64,000 nt of DNA from an uncultured Clostridia bacterium (GTDB lineage: Bacteria > Bacillota > Clostridia > TANB77 > CAG-508). The DNA lies in assembly GCA_949443285.1 (NCBI GenBank), contig CASSLW010000003.1, positions 2,340 through 66,339 on the forward strand, read 5' to 3'. Each line of letters begins with the position of its first letter. The stretch's first letter is position 1. The position numbers and the translations under genes were made by a program. This document shows, piece after piece, positions 49,179-59,658 of the stretch. The notes under the pieces were generated by a model, which was not told the DNA's origin, made no database searches, and worked only from the letters and a program-made list of their open reading frames with translations.

Positions 49179-49976
49179 CTATTTTTCCTCCTTGATAACA
49201 AGTTGTTGTCCTGGTTTTATAATGTTAGGGTCATTTCCTATAACATTTTTATTAATGTTATAAATATTTTTCCAATTAGTATTATATTTTTTCGCTATTT
49301 TTGTAAGATTGTCACCTGCTTGTACTGTATAAATCACACTATTTATATTAGTTTTGTTTAATCCTGCTCTCTTTATTATTGTTGGATAGTCTTTAATAGC
49401 ATAGTTTAAATCAACTCTACCTGAAATACCATCTACAACTCCTTCAGATGAATATTGCCACATTCCATATTCCTTTTTATATGTACACTTATTATTCCAT
49501 TGAGCAACCCATTTATCAAATCTGTCTAACTTTTTATCATTTAATCTATTGTTTAGCCAGTCTAAACTTGCATATATTCCTACATAATATCCTGCATTTT
49601 CTACATAAGTACAAAATGTTTCACATATATCTACTAATGTTTGATTACTCGGCATACCATTTCTTGCTTTATAATCATCTACATCTTCCATATCGAAAAA
49701 AATAGGATATTCAATTTTTAGATTTTTAATTTCTTCAATTACCAGTTTCGCTTCTTGTAATACATCATTACAATTAAGTGCATATGAATATAAATATACT
49801 CCTACTGGAATATTTAGTCCTATTGCTTTTTTATAATTTTCATAAAATCTCTCGTCTATTTGGCTTTTATTCTTTCCATACCCTAGTTGTAATATTATAA
49901 ACTCAATTCCACTATCTTTTACTTTTTGCATATTTATTGTTCCATTATGCTTAGATATATCAATTCCTTTTTTCAT
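49179..49976 (-). CDS. GH25 muramidase with a C-terminal LysM domain (endolysin-like)
   Basis: N-terminal GIDISKHNG...IEFIILQLGYG (GH25); C-terminal YTVQAGDNLTKIAKKY...KPGQQLVI (LysM). Confidence 0.8.
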   Translation of the reverse strand: MKKGIDISKHNGTINMQKVKDSGIEFIILQLGYGKNKSQIDERFYENYKKAIGLNIPVGVYLYSYALNCNDVLQEAKLVIEEIKNLKIEYPIFFDMEDVDDYKARNGMPSNQTLVDICETFCTYVENAGYYVGIYASLDWLNNRLNDKKLDRFDKWVAQWNNKCTYKKEYGMWQYSSEGVVDGISGRVDLNYAIKDYPTIIKRAGLNKTNINSVIYTVQAGDNLTKIAKKYNTNWKNIYNINKNVIGNDPNIIKPGQQLVIKEEK

Positions 49977-50228
49977 TTTTCATTCTCTCCTTTTCTAATT
50001 TTATTATCTTTTATTCTTTTTGTAAAACAAATAAGCTAGATAATAAAAAAATATCTAGCTTATTTGTTTGTTTAATTATTTTACTTAAGTAGTTTTTAGT
50101 AGTTTCAAATTATCTTATGTTAGTCTCCTTCATTATCCCTTTAATAAATTTTATCTCATTATTGGATTCTAATATAAATTTATGATACAATTAATCATAT
50201 AAAATCTTATATACAAGGAGATTCGATT

Positions 50229-50612
50229 ATGACCAAAAAATCATTTTACATTATAGTATCTATAATCTGTATAATCATTTCACTTAATATATTTGTCAGA
50301 GAATCAATCATATTAAATGTAACACCTAACAATAATACAATTATAAAAAGTCTGATTAACGACCCTGTAATTGATAATATAAATGATATTACAAAGTTTG
50401 AACTAGGAGAAGGCTGGCATGCTGGGCAATTATCAATATATTACTCAAATGGTACTATGAAAGATATACATTTATATGGTACCAATCTTTATGAGCTAGA
50501 AAAATATATTTATGAAAATGGTTATTCTTTGGATGAATTGGGTAAAATATTTTTTATAATTTCAATAATAAGCTTTATAATTTTTTTCATACTAAAAGTA
50601 AGGACTAAATAG
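50229..50612 (+). CDS. membrane protein
   Basis: N- and C-terminal transmembrane helices. Confidence 0.4.
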   Translation: MTKKSFYIIVSIICIIISLNIFVRESIILNVTPNNNTIIKSLINDPVIDNINDITKFELGEGWHAGQLSIYYSNGTMKDIHLYGTNLYELEKYIYENGYSLDELGKIFFIISIISFIIFFILKVRTK

Positions 50613-50650
50613 CCTTTGCTATCTAGTCCTTATTTTATATTACATTAATT

Positions 50651-51688
50651 CTATTCTAAATATAGTACAATCCTAAATCCTTGATTACTTCTAGCTAAAC
50701 TTATACCATTTGTATTTCTTATTGAGTATTCACTATTCTTAGCATAATGACCTCCAACAGTATCATAATCTTTACTAATTTTATCATTATGAACACTTTT
50801 GCTTTCATCTATAAATTCGCACACATTTCCTGATAGATCATAAATATTTTTAGTTTTATTTCTTTCTGTCGCACCTGTTGAAAGCAACATATTGCCTATT
50901 TCTTTATTTTTATTTCTAGCGTATTGATATGTTTTTCCATAGTCAGTAGAGTAATAGCCTGTAAAATCAAATTCCACATCATAACAATTCCCATAATCTT
51001 TAGCTTTTTTCATTTCTATTTCTAGATTATCCTCATATAACCAATAAGAAATTCTATCCCATTGTTGACGTGTAACTAAATCACTTTTTATTTTTTTATC
51101 CTTATACATAAGCTGTGCATTTTTCTTTGCCTGATTCCAATCTATAAAATTCCACACTATCTGTTCTTTTTTGCTTACTGGAATACCCTTTACATTATTA
51201 GTTTCTGCATTATATTCTTTTATATTTTTCTGAATTTCTTCTGGCAATCCAGCTTCATATCGTGAAATATAAAATCCTTCATATTTTTCATTTTGTAAAA
51301 ATTCCTTTTCACTTTCATTTTTTCCTGGTCCATCTACAACATCTCCCATAACAGAATATTTAGATAAATCTAAGTCCTCTTTATCTGAAATCGGAACCCA
51401 AACAAATTGATTGCCAATTTCATCTTCTATTACCAATCCACTGTTCCAGCCTTTTGGAATTCCATTTTCTAATTCCCAACTAGCTGTATCTGTTTCAATT
51501 TTTTTAAATCCTTCTGGAACTATAGGATTATTATAGGAAGATTTTTTTGATAGTCTATTTCCATACACCTCGTACACATTTTGCGGAATAATATTGGGCT
51601 TTTTAATTAACCATATTGTAACAATAAGCGTTACCATAAATATTACTATAAAAATACTACTATATAATATACCTTTTTTCATTTTCAC
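50651..51688 (-). CDS. FGE-sulfatase/SUMF1-family domain protein with an N-terminal transmembrane anchor
   Basis: GNVCEF...VGGHYAKN...ARSNQGFRIVL matches the GNVWEW/RGGSW/GFRLV pattern. Confidence 0.55.
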   Translation of the reverse strand: MKMKKGILYSSIFIVIFMVTLIVTIWLIKKPNIIPQNVYEVYGNRLSKKSSYNNPIVPEGFKKIETDTASWELENGIPKGWNSGLVIEDEIGNQFVWVPISDKEDLDLSKYSVMGDVVDGPGKNESEKEFLQNEKYEGFYISRYEAGLPEEIQKNIKEYNAETNNVKGIPVSKKEQIVWNFIDWNQAKKNAQLMYKDKKIKSDLVTRQQWDRISYWLYEDNLEIEMKKAKDYGNCYDVEFDFTGYYSTDYGKTYQYARNKNKEIGNMLLSTGATERNKTKNIYDLSGNVCEFIDESKSVHNDKISKDYDTVGGHYAKNSEYSIRNTNGISLARSNQGFRIVLYLE

Positions 51689-51837
51689 TTTTTTCTCAAA
51701 TACTTTATTTGAGAATTCTCCTTTTTATAATTTTCAAATATATTTTAACATATATTTGAAGAAAAAGCATTAAAAATACACTATTTTTAATGCTTTTTCA
51801 ATATTAATGCTATTATACTATTATCAAATGACATTTA

Positions 51838-53779
51838 TTATCTATATTCTGTTTCAATCTCTATATGAACATTTATTTCACCATTCTTTAACGGTTTATG
51901 ATCTGGAGTTAATATTTCATATGTTAAATAATATGCTCCACCATTTTCTATTCGTGCGTAATCTATTGAACACATTTCCCCATAAATTTCTTCATCATCA
52001 AAAGATTTCAACTCTCCATTTGGATTGACTGTTACAGTATGTAAAACTGCATCCAATGGGTTTGTTACATTAGGTCCTGCTTTAATACTTACTACAACCC
52101 TAGTTCCATCAGGAATATCTCCATTTGCTTTAGTAGCCGAAACATACAATTTTAATCTATTTCCACTATATTCCCTTTCTGTTCCCATAATATATGATGA
52201 TGAAATAGTAATGTCGTCTATAAATCCTCTAATACATTTATCACTCATTAACCCTGTTACTAGTCCTTGCTTTCCAGAATAATTTACTTTATCTATTGCA
52301 AAGTTTCCACCAGCAGCTGGTATTCCTCCTATTTCTGCAAATTGGTCTAAGTTCCAATCTTTTGGCATTTTATATCCCATATTTCCGCTATATCCAGTTG
52401 ACATATCGCTTACAAAACATGATTCTGCATACTTGCTATTCATAACTTGTGTACATACATTTCTAGTTCCATAAACACCAACTTTATAACATCCTATATT
52501 TTCTTTTATTATTTTAAAATATGGAATTATTATATTTAATATTTCAGTATCAACTGCATCAAAGTCAACTGCAAAATATATTATTGAATTTTCTGGGATT
52601 TTAAATGATTTTGCTCTAATCCTTGCTAATCTTGCTGCAGTATATGCTGCTTGTTGTGTAAAATGATGTGTTCCTGGGGTTCCATCTACTTGATAAATAG
52701 GGAAAAATTTAAATCCGTTTACCTTCACTATTTTTTCAATTTCATCTATATCATATCCATCTGAAACTTTTTGAAGTATTTTACTATCTCCTACAATATA
52801 TCTGCCTATAATATTTATCCCCATCTCTTTTAGTTTCTCAATTCTTCCCTCTTTTGACATAGTATACGCTGTATCACAGGCATTATAACTTCTATCTGGA
52901 TTTCCTTTACTTAATAATAATGCCATCCATGTGTTTTTATCAAGATTTCCTGTTTGCTCCAAGAACATATCTCCTTGGAATTCCTTAATTTTATTTACTA
53001 ATGTATTTTCCCATGTTGCTGTCCCTACAGATATGTTATATCCATTACAAACTAAAGCATATTTTCCAAGAAATATTGCTTCTTCTTTAGTTTTTGCACT
53101 TAAAGATTCGTCTGTTGGTATTATTGGCAAATTAGCTGTAGTAGTAGGTCCAAAATTACCATTCGCTTGCTCTGGTGTTTGTCCTTCTATTGCTTGTAAC
53201 ACTTTAATTAAAGCTGTATTCATTTGTCTACCATATAATCCATCACAAGGAGCAAGTCCAATATAATCTTCATATTTTGAATTTATTGTTCTTTGAACAG
53301 TCTGAATAAGTGAATTACCACCTTTTACTAACTTGAATTGATCCATTGATAATAAGGCTTTCATCACATTTAGTGTAACATTCGAACTTGTATCACTACA
53401 TCCTGCATCTGCTTTTAATTTTTTTATTGCATTTCCTGTACCACTATAAAAATTACAAGTGATATCTGTAGAACCTGTTGAATATCCTTTGCAAAACAAA
53501 GCCCCTTGTATTATTCCATAAATATTATCTTTTTTTTCATCATTTGGATTTTGTTGTACAACACCATTTTCAAATTTTTCCTTGAACAATCTTGTTGTTG
53601 ATGGTCCAAAATTATTTGATGTCGCTGTAATTCCTAATTCTATTTGTAATGCTTTTAATAATGCATATATCGTTGTCCATCCTGTTAATCCGATTTACTG
53701 GGATTTCAGTATATCCTGTTCTTTCTTTATATGTATTATTTAGCCATATTTGAGTTCTTTCTACTAAAATATCTGCCAT
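51838..53779 (-). pseudogene. cell-wall hydrolase (PG_binding_1 repeats plus a DUF1906/Rv2525c-like domain), frameshifted near its 5' end
   Basis: ATG 53779 gives MADILVERTQIWLNNTYKERTGYTEIPVN..., then the frame is lost around 53692; deleting 1 nt gives PVNGLTGWTTIYALLKALQ, which runs into the 583-aa track ORF (DUF1906-like core INIIGRYIVGD...IYFAVDFD). Confidence 0.6.
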
Positions 53780-53923
53780 TTTAATCACTTCTTTCTTTAA
53801 TATAATTTAATTTATTACAATATACTGGCCAGTGTTTATAATAAATCTGTTATTACTATATATTAAAATAACTATATTTTATATAAAATAGTTTAAAGTG
53901 TATTTTTGTAGTTTTATATTGTA

Positions 53924-54415
53924 TCAGTTCTTTCCATTTTTCTTTTTAAAATCCATAATATTATTCAATGTACTTTCTATTAATTTGTTATAGACTTCTA
54001 GTCCTTTTCTCAAAAACACTGGTACTTCTATGCCTATTTCTACTAAGTTTTCTACAATACTTCTAGCCTCATTTACAATTAGACATACTAAAGTAAACCA
54101 ACCAAAAAGCATAATAAAGTCTAAATTAAGATTTATCTTTACGCCTATTTGTGTTAATAAAAAAGATATTAAAAAAGCAATTCCTATTAAAATCCAATAG
54201 CAAACTTTCTTTACTATTCCGATTAATCCTTTATTCGAATTTTCCACCTTTTTTACTTTTGCCTTTATAGTGCCAGTTATATAGTCCAATACATTCAATA
54301 TCAAATACCCTGCAAATAATATCCATTCTACTCCAAATATGGTTGTAAAAGCTGTAGATATAGCACTAATTGTAGCTGTTGTTTTATTAAATAATTTTAA
54401 AATTTCATCTTCCAT
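53924..54415 (-). CDS. phage holin (Phage_holin_4_1 / TcdE-like family)
   Basis: Transmembrane helices and GYLILNVLDYITGTIKAKVKK motif; directly upstream of the hydrolase. Confidence 0.7.
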   Translation of the reverse strand: MEDEILKLFNKTTATISAISTAFTTIFGVEWILFAGYLILNVLDYITGTIKAKVKKVENSNKGLIGIVKKVCYWILIGIAFLISFLLTQIGVKINLNLDFIMLFGWFTLVCLIVNEARSIVENLVEIGIEVPVFLRKGLEVYNKLIESTLNNIMDFKKKNGKN

Positions 54416-54505
54416 AAAAAATCACTCCTCTTCTTTTTTATAAATTATAAAATTATTTCTTTTAGCTTTTAAAAAAGTGGTTTTTTATAGTTTGAATTTT
54501 ATATT

Positions 54506-55000
54506 TTAATTAATCATATCTACAATTTTTAAATTAGGATAAATACATATGCAACAAGGTCTCTTAGTATTAATAACTTTCTTGAAATATTCTTTTGTTT
54601 CAATGATTATAACTACCTTATCAGCCCTAGATATCTCATCAATTCTTTCAAACAATGTATTTGCTTCTATTTCTTTAATTGCTATAATATCATAAGTACT
54701 ATCTCCTATTTCCATTGAAACGCTTATTGGATATTTCCCTTTTTTTAATTTAGGATTCCTTTCTAAATACTCCAATACAACATCAAAAGCCGCTATATTT
54801 CTAATGTTAATCTCTTTTCCATTATATCTTAATATCTTTGTATTTTTCTCTTTAATAATAGCTTTATTTGCAATCAAATAGTTAATATCTGTTTCAGAAC
54901 ATTTACATACTTTAAAAACTTGGTTTTCTCTAAGGCTCTGAAATTCCCATAATAATTTTAGTATCTGTTTATGTTTTTCATTCACCAATATCACTTCCAA
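54506..55000 (-). CDS. hypothetical protein
   Basis: 164-aa ORF. Confidence 0.3.
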   Translation of the reverse strand: MEVILVNEKHKQILKLLWEFQSLRENQVFKVCKCSETDINYLIANKAIIKEKNTKILRYNGKEINIRNIAAFDVVLEYLERNPKLKKGKYPISVSMEIGDSTYDIIAIKEIEANTLFERIDEISRADKVVIIIETKEYFKKVINTKRPCCICIYPNLKIVDMIN

Positions 55001-55793
55001 TTATTTTAACTAATGAGCTATAAATTTTTCTTTTTTCTGGGATTATTTTATAAATCTTAATAATTACTTTTTCTCCTATAATCGGTGGTCTATCTAGCCA
55101 AGTAGGTAATGTACACACTGTATCTACTCCTTGTGTAATATTTGCAAATATTCCATTGTCTGTATAACCTGTTATTGTTGCTAAATATTCTCCTTTTTCT
55201 GTAAAGTCTTTTCTAATGTTTTCAAATGGATCTTTCAACAAATCTTTAACAGATATTCTTACTATTTTATTTTCTTCGGATATTTCTTTAATCACTACCT
55301 TTATTTGTTCATTTATTTTGTATATTTTTGAAACATCTTCAATATAGCCATATTGTAAATCTTGTGCTTTGATTATAAAATCTATTCCCAAACATTCAAT
55401 TCTTATATACTTATTCCATACGCCTATTATTTTCCCATAAATTTTGTCTCCAACTTCTATTTTTTTTATACTAATATCTTGTATTCTTTTCATTGCTTTT
55501 ATCCTTGTTGCTACTGCTTTTGAACTTATTTTATCTATTTCCACTACTATAAATTTTATTTCTGCTCCCATCATATTTCTTAATAATTTTTTATCATTCT
55601 TTGCATCTTGTGCTATTTCTGTAGCTGGTATTAATACTTTTATCCCTTTGAAATCTACAACTGCACATACTATATTATTTTCTTTCATTTTTTCTGTTTC
55701 TATTGCAATTATCTTACCTGTTAAAATTTTACCTTTTTCTTTGGATGAATTAATATTTTGCCATATTATTTTTTCTTGTAATTCATTTGTCAT
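54978..55793 (-). CDS. hypothetical protein
   Basis: 271-aa ORF. Confidence 0.3.
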   Translation of the reverse strand: MTNELQEKIIWQNINSSKEKGKILTGKIIAIETEKMKENNIVCAVVDFKGIKVLIPATEIAQDAKNDKKLLRNMMGAEIKFIVVEIDKISSKAVATRIKAMKRIQDISIKKIEVGDKIYGKIIGVWNKYIRIECLGIDFIIKAQDLQYGYIEDVSKIYKINEQIKVVIKEISEENKIVRISVKDLLKDPFENIRKDFTEKGEYLATITGYTDNGIFANITQGVDTVCTLPTWLDRPPIIGEKVIIKIYKIIPEKRKIYSSLVKIIGSDIGE

Positions 55794-55829
55794 TTTTTCA
55801 CCTTCTTACCTTTAATTAAATACTATTAT

Positions 55830-57604
55830 TTAAAAATCTTTAAAACTATATTTCATTTTTTTACTTTTTGTTTCATTCTGCATATTATCTTTAAATCTTT
55901 CCTTTTGTTCTTCTATTGTCATATCTTCTAACTTATAAGCTTCACTATGCTTTGAATAATCATATTTGTTACATATAAATGGTTTTCTTCCCCTAACTAT
56001 TACTATTTCTTTGTTATTGTCTAATTTTAATAATTCATCTGGATTCATTAAATTTCTTTTGTTAGTAGATATATTTTCCATTCCATATGTAAATTTACCA
56101 TCAAATCCTGCTTCTTTTCTTATTGCATTTGTTTCTACTGTAGCAACTCCTAAGTATTCTGTTATGTATTTGGCAGTTAGAATATCTCCTGCCCCCATAC
56201 ATATCTTTGTATCGGCATTTCCTAGAATTTCTTGCCACACATCATTGTCATATCTATTTTTCAACTGTGCAATATTTTGAAAAATCATAAATATGTTAAT
56301 TCCCCTACTTCTAGTTGTTGCAAGCTTTTTTTCAAAGTCTACTATTCTTCCTATATTAGTAAATTCATCTAATATTAGTGATGTTTCAACTTTTAGCCTT
56401 CCATTTGGATTTTCATCAGCTTGTCTTATAAGCTTTATAAATAAAAAAGAAAAGAACAGTGTTGATAAGAAATCAAATGTACTATTAGTATCACTTGTAA
56501 CTACAAATACACAACTTTTTTTATTTCCTATATTCTCAAAACTGATTTCATCTTTATTAGTAATGTTTCTTATTTTAGAAGCTTGAAATATTTGTAATCT
56601 TGTTGCCAATCCTGTTACAATACTTTGCTTCACAATATCTGTAGCCTGTGCATATATGTTATAACTCAATCGCGTTGGTCCTGAAGTATTAAAAAATATG
56701 TTATCTATTTGTTTTATATTTCCACTTGCTAAAATGTCATAAATAAATCCTATACTTTTATCTTCTTCTTTTTGCACATAGTTAATTACATATAGTAGTA
56801 ATGCTTTTAATAAATTCTGTTCTCCTCTGTTCCAAAACTCATCTCCGTCCAGTTCTTCTACTTAATTGTGTTCCTTCTATTACAGTTTGACTAAATATTT
56901 GTGCATCTGTTTCGTTCTCGACAAAGTTTATAAATTTTGCTCCATTAGAAAATGTTGGATTTACTAAATTAAATACTTTAACATCATAATCTTTACTTTC
57001 AAGATATTTTGCCAATTTTCTATGCAATTCACCGTTTTGGGTCAGTAAATACTAAACTCATATTCCTATTAACTGCTTTTTGCAATTCTTCTTGTGCTAA
57101 TTCTATTCCATTTGGTATAGCAAATCCTCTGGATTTTTTGCTTCCACTTGAACCAAATACTGCAATATTTTTATTTAAGTATGTATCCATAGGAAGAGTA
57201 ATAATTTCCTGTTCTTCTGTTTCACCTAAGATTATTCCATCTCTTTTTCCTATGCTTAAATATTCTTGTATTTCTTCCTTGTTACCCCAATCTGCTGTTC
57301 CAAATGTACCGTCTTTCTTTTTTAGGTTTATTCCTTCGACTTCAATTTTTGCATTTTGCTTTGTAACCACTATGCTTTTAGCCGCTAATATAATAATTAT
57401 ATTAATTATAAGCCATATTATAAATATTGTTCTATTTATAAATATAACTGTAAATAGATTTAATAAATTAATGTCTATTGTGTTTAAATCAGTATTAAAA
57501 CAACTTTCTAATATTTGCATAAATCCATTTATGAGTGGCACTATAATGATATATGAAAGTATTATATATATAATCATTATTTTTTTCCTTTTATTATTCT
57601 TCAT
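55830..57604 (-). pseudogene. VirD4/TraG-type conjugative coupling protein (T4CP) disrupted by at least two 1-nt indels
   Basis: Three consecutive ORFs. The first has N-terminal transmembrane helices plus degenerate Walker A VFGSSGSKKS; its end ...FTDPKR-stop becomes DPKGELHRKLAKY if 1 nt is removed at about 57034. The third has SLILDEFTNIG...QNIAQL and extends upstream as ELDGDEFWNRGEQNLL. Confidence 0.65.
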
Positions 57605-58442
57605 TTGTTCCTCCCATCAACGATTCATCAATCTCTATAATATTAGTTTTCTTTGTTAATATTTCTTCTATCTTTTCCTTATTTTCTTTTAAAGTCATTA
57701 TACTTATTTTTCTATTTGTACCTTTATTATTGTTAAAAAATATATTTATTCTATGTAATTTCTCTGTATCTATAAATGGCATTAGAATTATATATTCTTC
57801 ACCTTCTGTCATATAGTCTGCATTTTTCCAATTAGACAATAGCATTTCTTTTGAATAAAACTTTTTAACTATTTTATAAAAATCTATTTTTTCAATATTT
57901 CTTATAATCTCTAGATTCTTATATGTTGGTTCTACTATAATTGTAGAATTTTTTCCAAATATAAAATTTGAATTTTGTCTTAATATTTTCATATTTTCTG
58001 TAAAGATAATAATGTCGTTATAACCTACTATTTTTTGAATATCATTTCTAACTTGACTTATATATGAAATTTGTTTATTTTTGGAAATATAATATACCAG
58101 TGTTTTTTTATCATTATACGATAATTCTCCCAAATATTTTCTGGATGTTTCAGTAAATATATTATTATCTTTTAAGTCCCAACTTGCAATGAATTTCATA
58201 TTGTTTCCTAATGTTAATGCTGCAATTTTGGCAATTTCACACATTCTTTCGATATACTCCTTTTTTCTACAAGAAAAACTATAATTATATCCAAATGCTT
58301 TAACCAGTTTTGTTCCTTTATCATCTAATTTTATATATGATGTATTTATCCTTCTTATATATCTTTCATTTTCTAAAGTTTTTAATCTTTTTCTATAATA
58401 GTCTTTAGAATTGTATATTTTTTTACAATCAGTTCCTAACAT
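57594..58442 (-). CDS. hypothetical protein
   Basis: 282-aa ORF; an in-frame TAA lies 60 nt upstream, preceded by MGKLD. Confidence 0.3.
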   Translation of the reverse strand: MLGTDCKKIYNSKDYYRKRLKTLENERYIRRINTSYIKLDDKGTKLVKAFGYNYSFSCRKKEYIERMCEIAKIAALTLGNNMKFIASWDLKDNNIFTETSRKYLGELSYNDKKTLVYYISKNKQISYISQVRNDIQKIVGYNDIIIFTENMKILRQNSNFIFGKNSTIIVEPTYKNLEIIRNIEKIDFYKIVKKFYSKEMLLSNWKNADYMTEGEEYIILMPFIDTEKLHRINIFFNNNKGTNRKISIMTLKENKEKIEEILTKKTNIIEIDESLMGGTNEE

Positions 58443-58676
58443 AATCTTGTACTTTCCAAGAAATGTTAATACTTCAATATCTCTTCCGAGTTAATCTAAC
58501 TTTCCCATATTTCTGTTTCTCCTTTCCCTATATATGACACATAGCATTTTTTAGCTTTTCTGTTTAAACTGTTTCATCCCCTTTAACCACAACACGTTCT
58601 AAAATCTATTTTCAGCTTATTTTTCAGTTTTTTTAATATTGTTATAATATCCGTTTTTACTATCATAGATTTTAAG

Positions 58677-59294
58677 CTAATCGGATAGTTTTTTACTGTC
58701 CTTATTTACTTCATTTTGTATCCACTTTAACATCTTTTTGCCCTTGAAAACGTAAACTTCTGTGTATGGTTTTTTATCTTTGTCTGTTGTTCCAAATACA
58801 CCGTAAAACATATTTGCTATATTATCATCCTCTATCACGTGTGATAATACTAAACCATCTACTATTGGTTTAATAAATTTATTGTCTATATCAATATTTT
58901 TTTGATTTTCTACTACTTTTATAAATACAAATACTAGTTCATTCTTAAATAACTCTTTGTACTGTTTTGTTTTTTCCATTACATTTATCATTATATTTTT
59001 ATATGCATAATTATTAATATTTTTATATTTTGGTATTACTTCAGGAATATGTATTTTTAGAACATCGTTTTCTACTTTTGCTTCATACATATTATTTAAA
59101 TAATTGATTATATCTTGTTCTCTTATCTCATTATGTACTCCTAATTCTATTTTATTAAATATGTTATATCTAATTTTTTCTAAATTCCTTAGATAATCTT
59201 CTATGTGTTTGCTTTCAATTATTTTCTCATTATTTATTACAAACTCTGTTCTGTCTTTTAATTCTTTTAATTCATCTAATATTTCTTTTTGCAT
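58677..59294 (-). CDS. hypothetical protein
   Basis: 205-aa ORF. Confidence 0.3.
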   Translation of the reverse strand: MQKEILDELKELKDRTEFVINNEKIIESKHIEDYLRNLEKIRYNIFNKIELGVHNEIREQDIINYLNNMYEAKVENDVLKIHIPEVIPKYKNINNYAYKNIMINVMEKTKQYKELFKNELVFVFIKVVENQKNIDIDNKFIKPIVDGLVLSHVIEDDNIANMFYGVFGTTDKDKKPYTEVYVFKGKKMLKWIQNEVNKDSKKLSD

Positions 59295-59363
59295 CTTATT
59301 TGTTTCCTTTCTTTCATTTGATGAAAAGATACAAGAGTAACAAACCCTTGTATCTTTTAGTTT

Positions 59364-59624
59364 CTATTCTTTTATTGAATCATATTGTTTTGATATTTCT
59401 TCTAATAACTGTAATCTTGTTTCGTTATTTATTGGATAAAATAAATCTTGTTGGTAGTTTTTATTTTTTATTTTTCTTTTTGGCATACTAATATATCTAC
59501 CATTTTTTCCTTCTAGTAGTTTAATTTCCTTTAATATAAAACAATTGTCTATACATATACTTGCTGCTGCTAGTAATTCTCCCTTATTTATTTTTTTTAT
59601 TCTAATTTCTGTAATATTTAACAT
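59364..59624 (-). CDS. spoVG: SpoVG-family protein
   Basis: MLNITEIRIKK...GELLAAASICIDNCFILKEIKLLEGKNGRYISMP. Confidence 0.7.
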   Translation of the reverse strand: MLNITEIRIKKINKGELLAAASICIDNCFILKEIKLLEGKNGRYISMPKRKIKNKNYQQDLFYPINNETRLQLLEEISKQYDSIKE

Positions 59625-59658
59625 ATATATTTTCCTCCTTATAATTTATTTTTTAATA

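Noticed and set aside
57594-58502. N-terminal extension of ORF 57594-58442 (MGKLD-stop-LGRDIEVLTFLGKYKI)
   Set aside because: An in-frame TAA separates the upstream Met from the ORF. Without homologues it cannot be decided whether this is a pseudogene or a coincidence, so the track start was kept.
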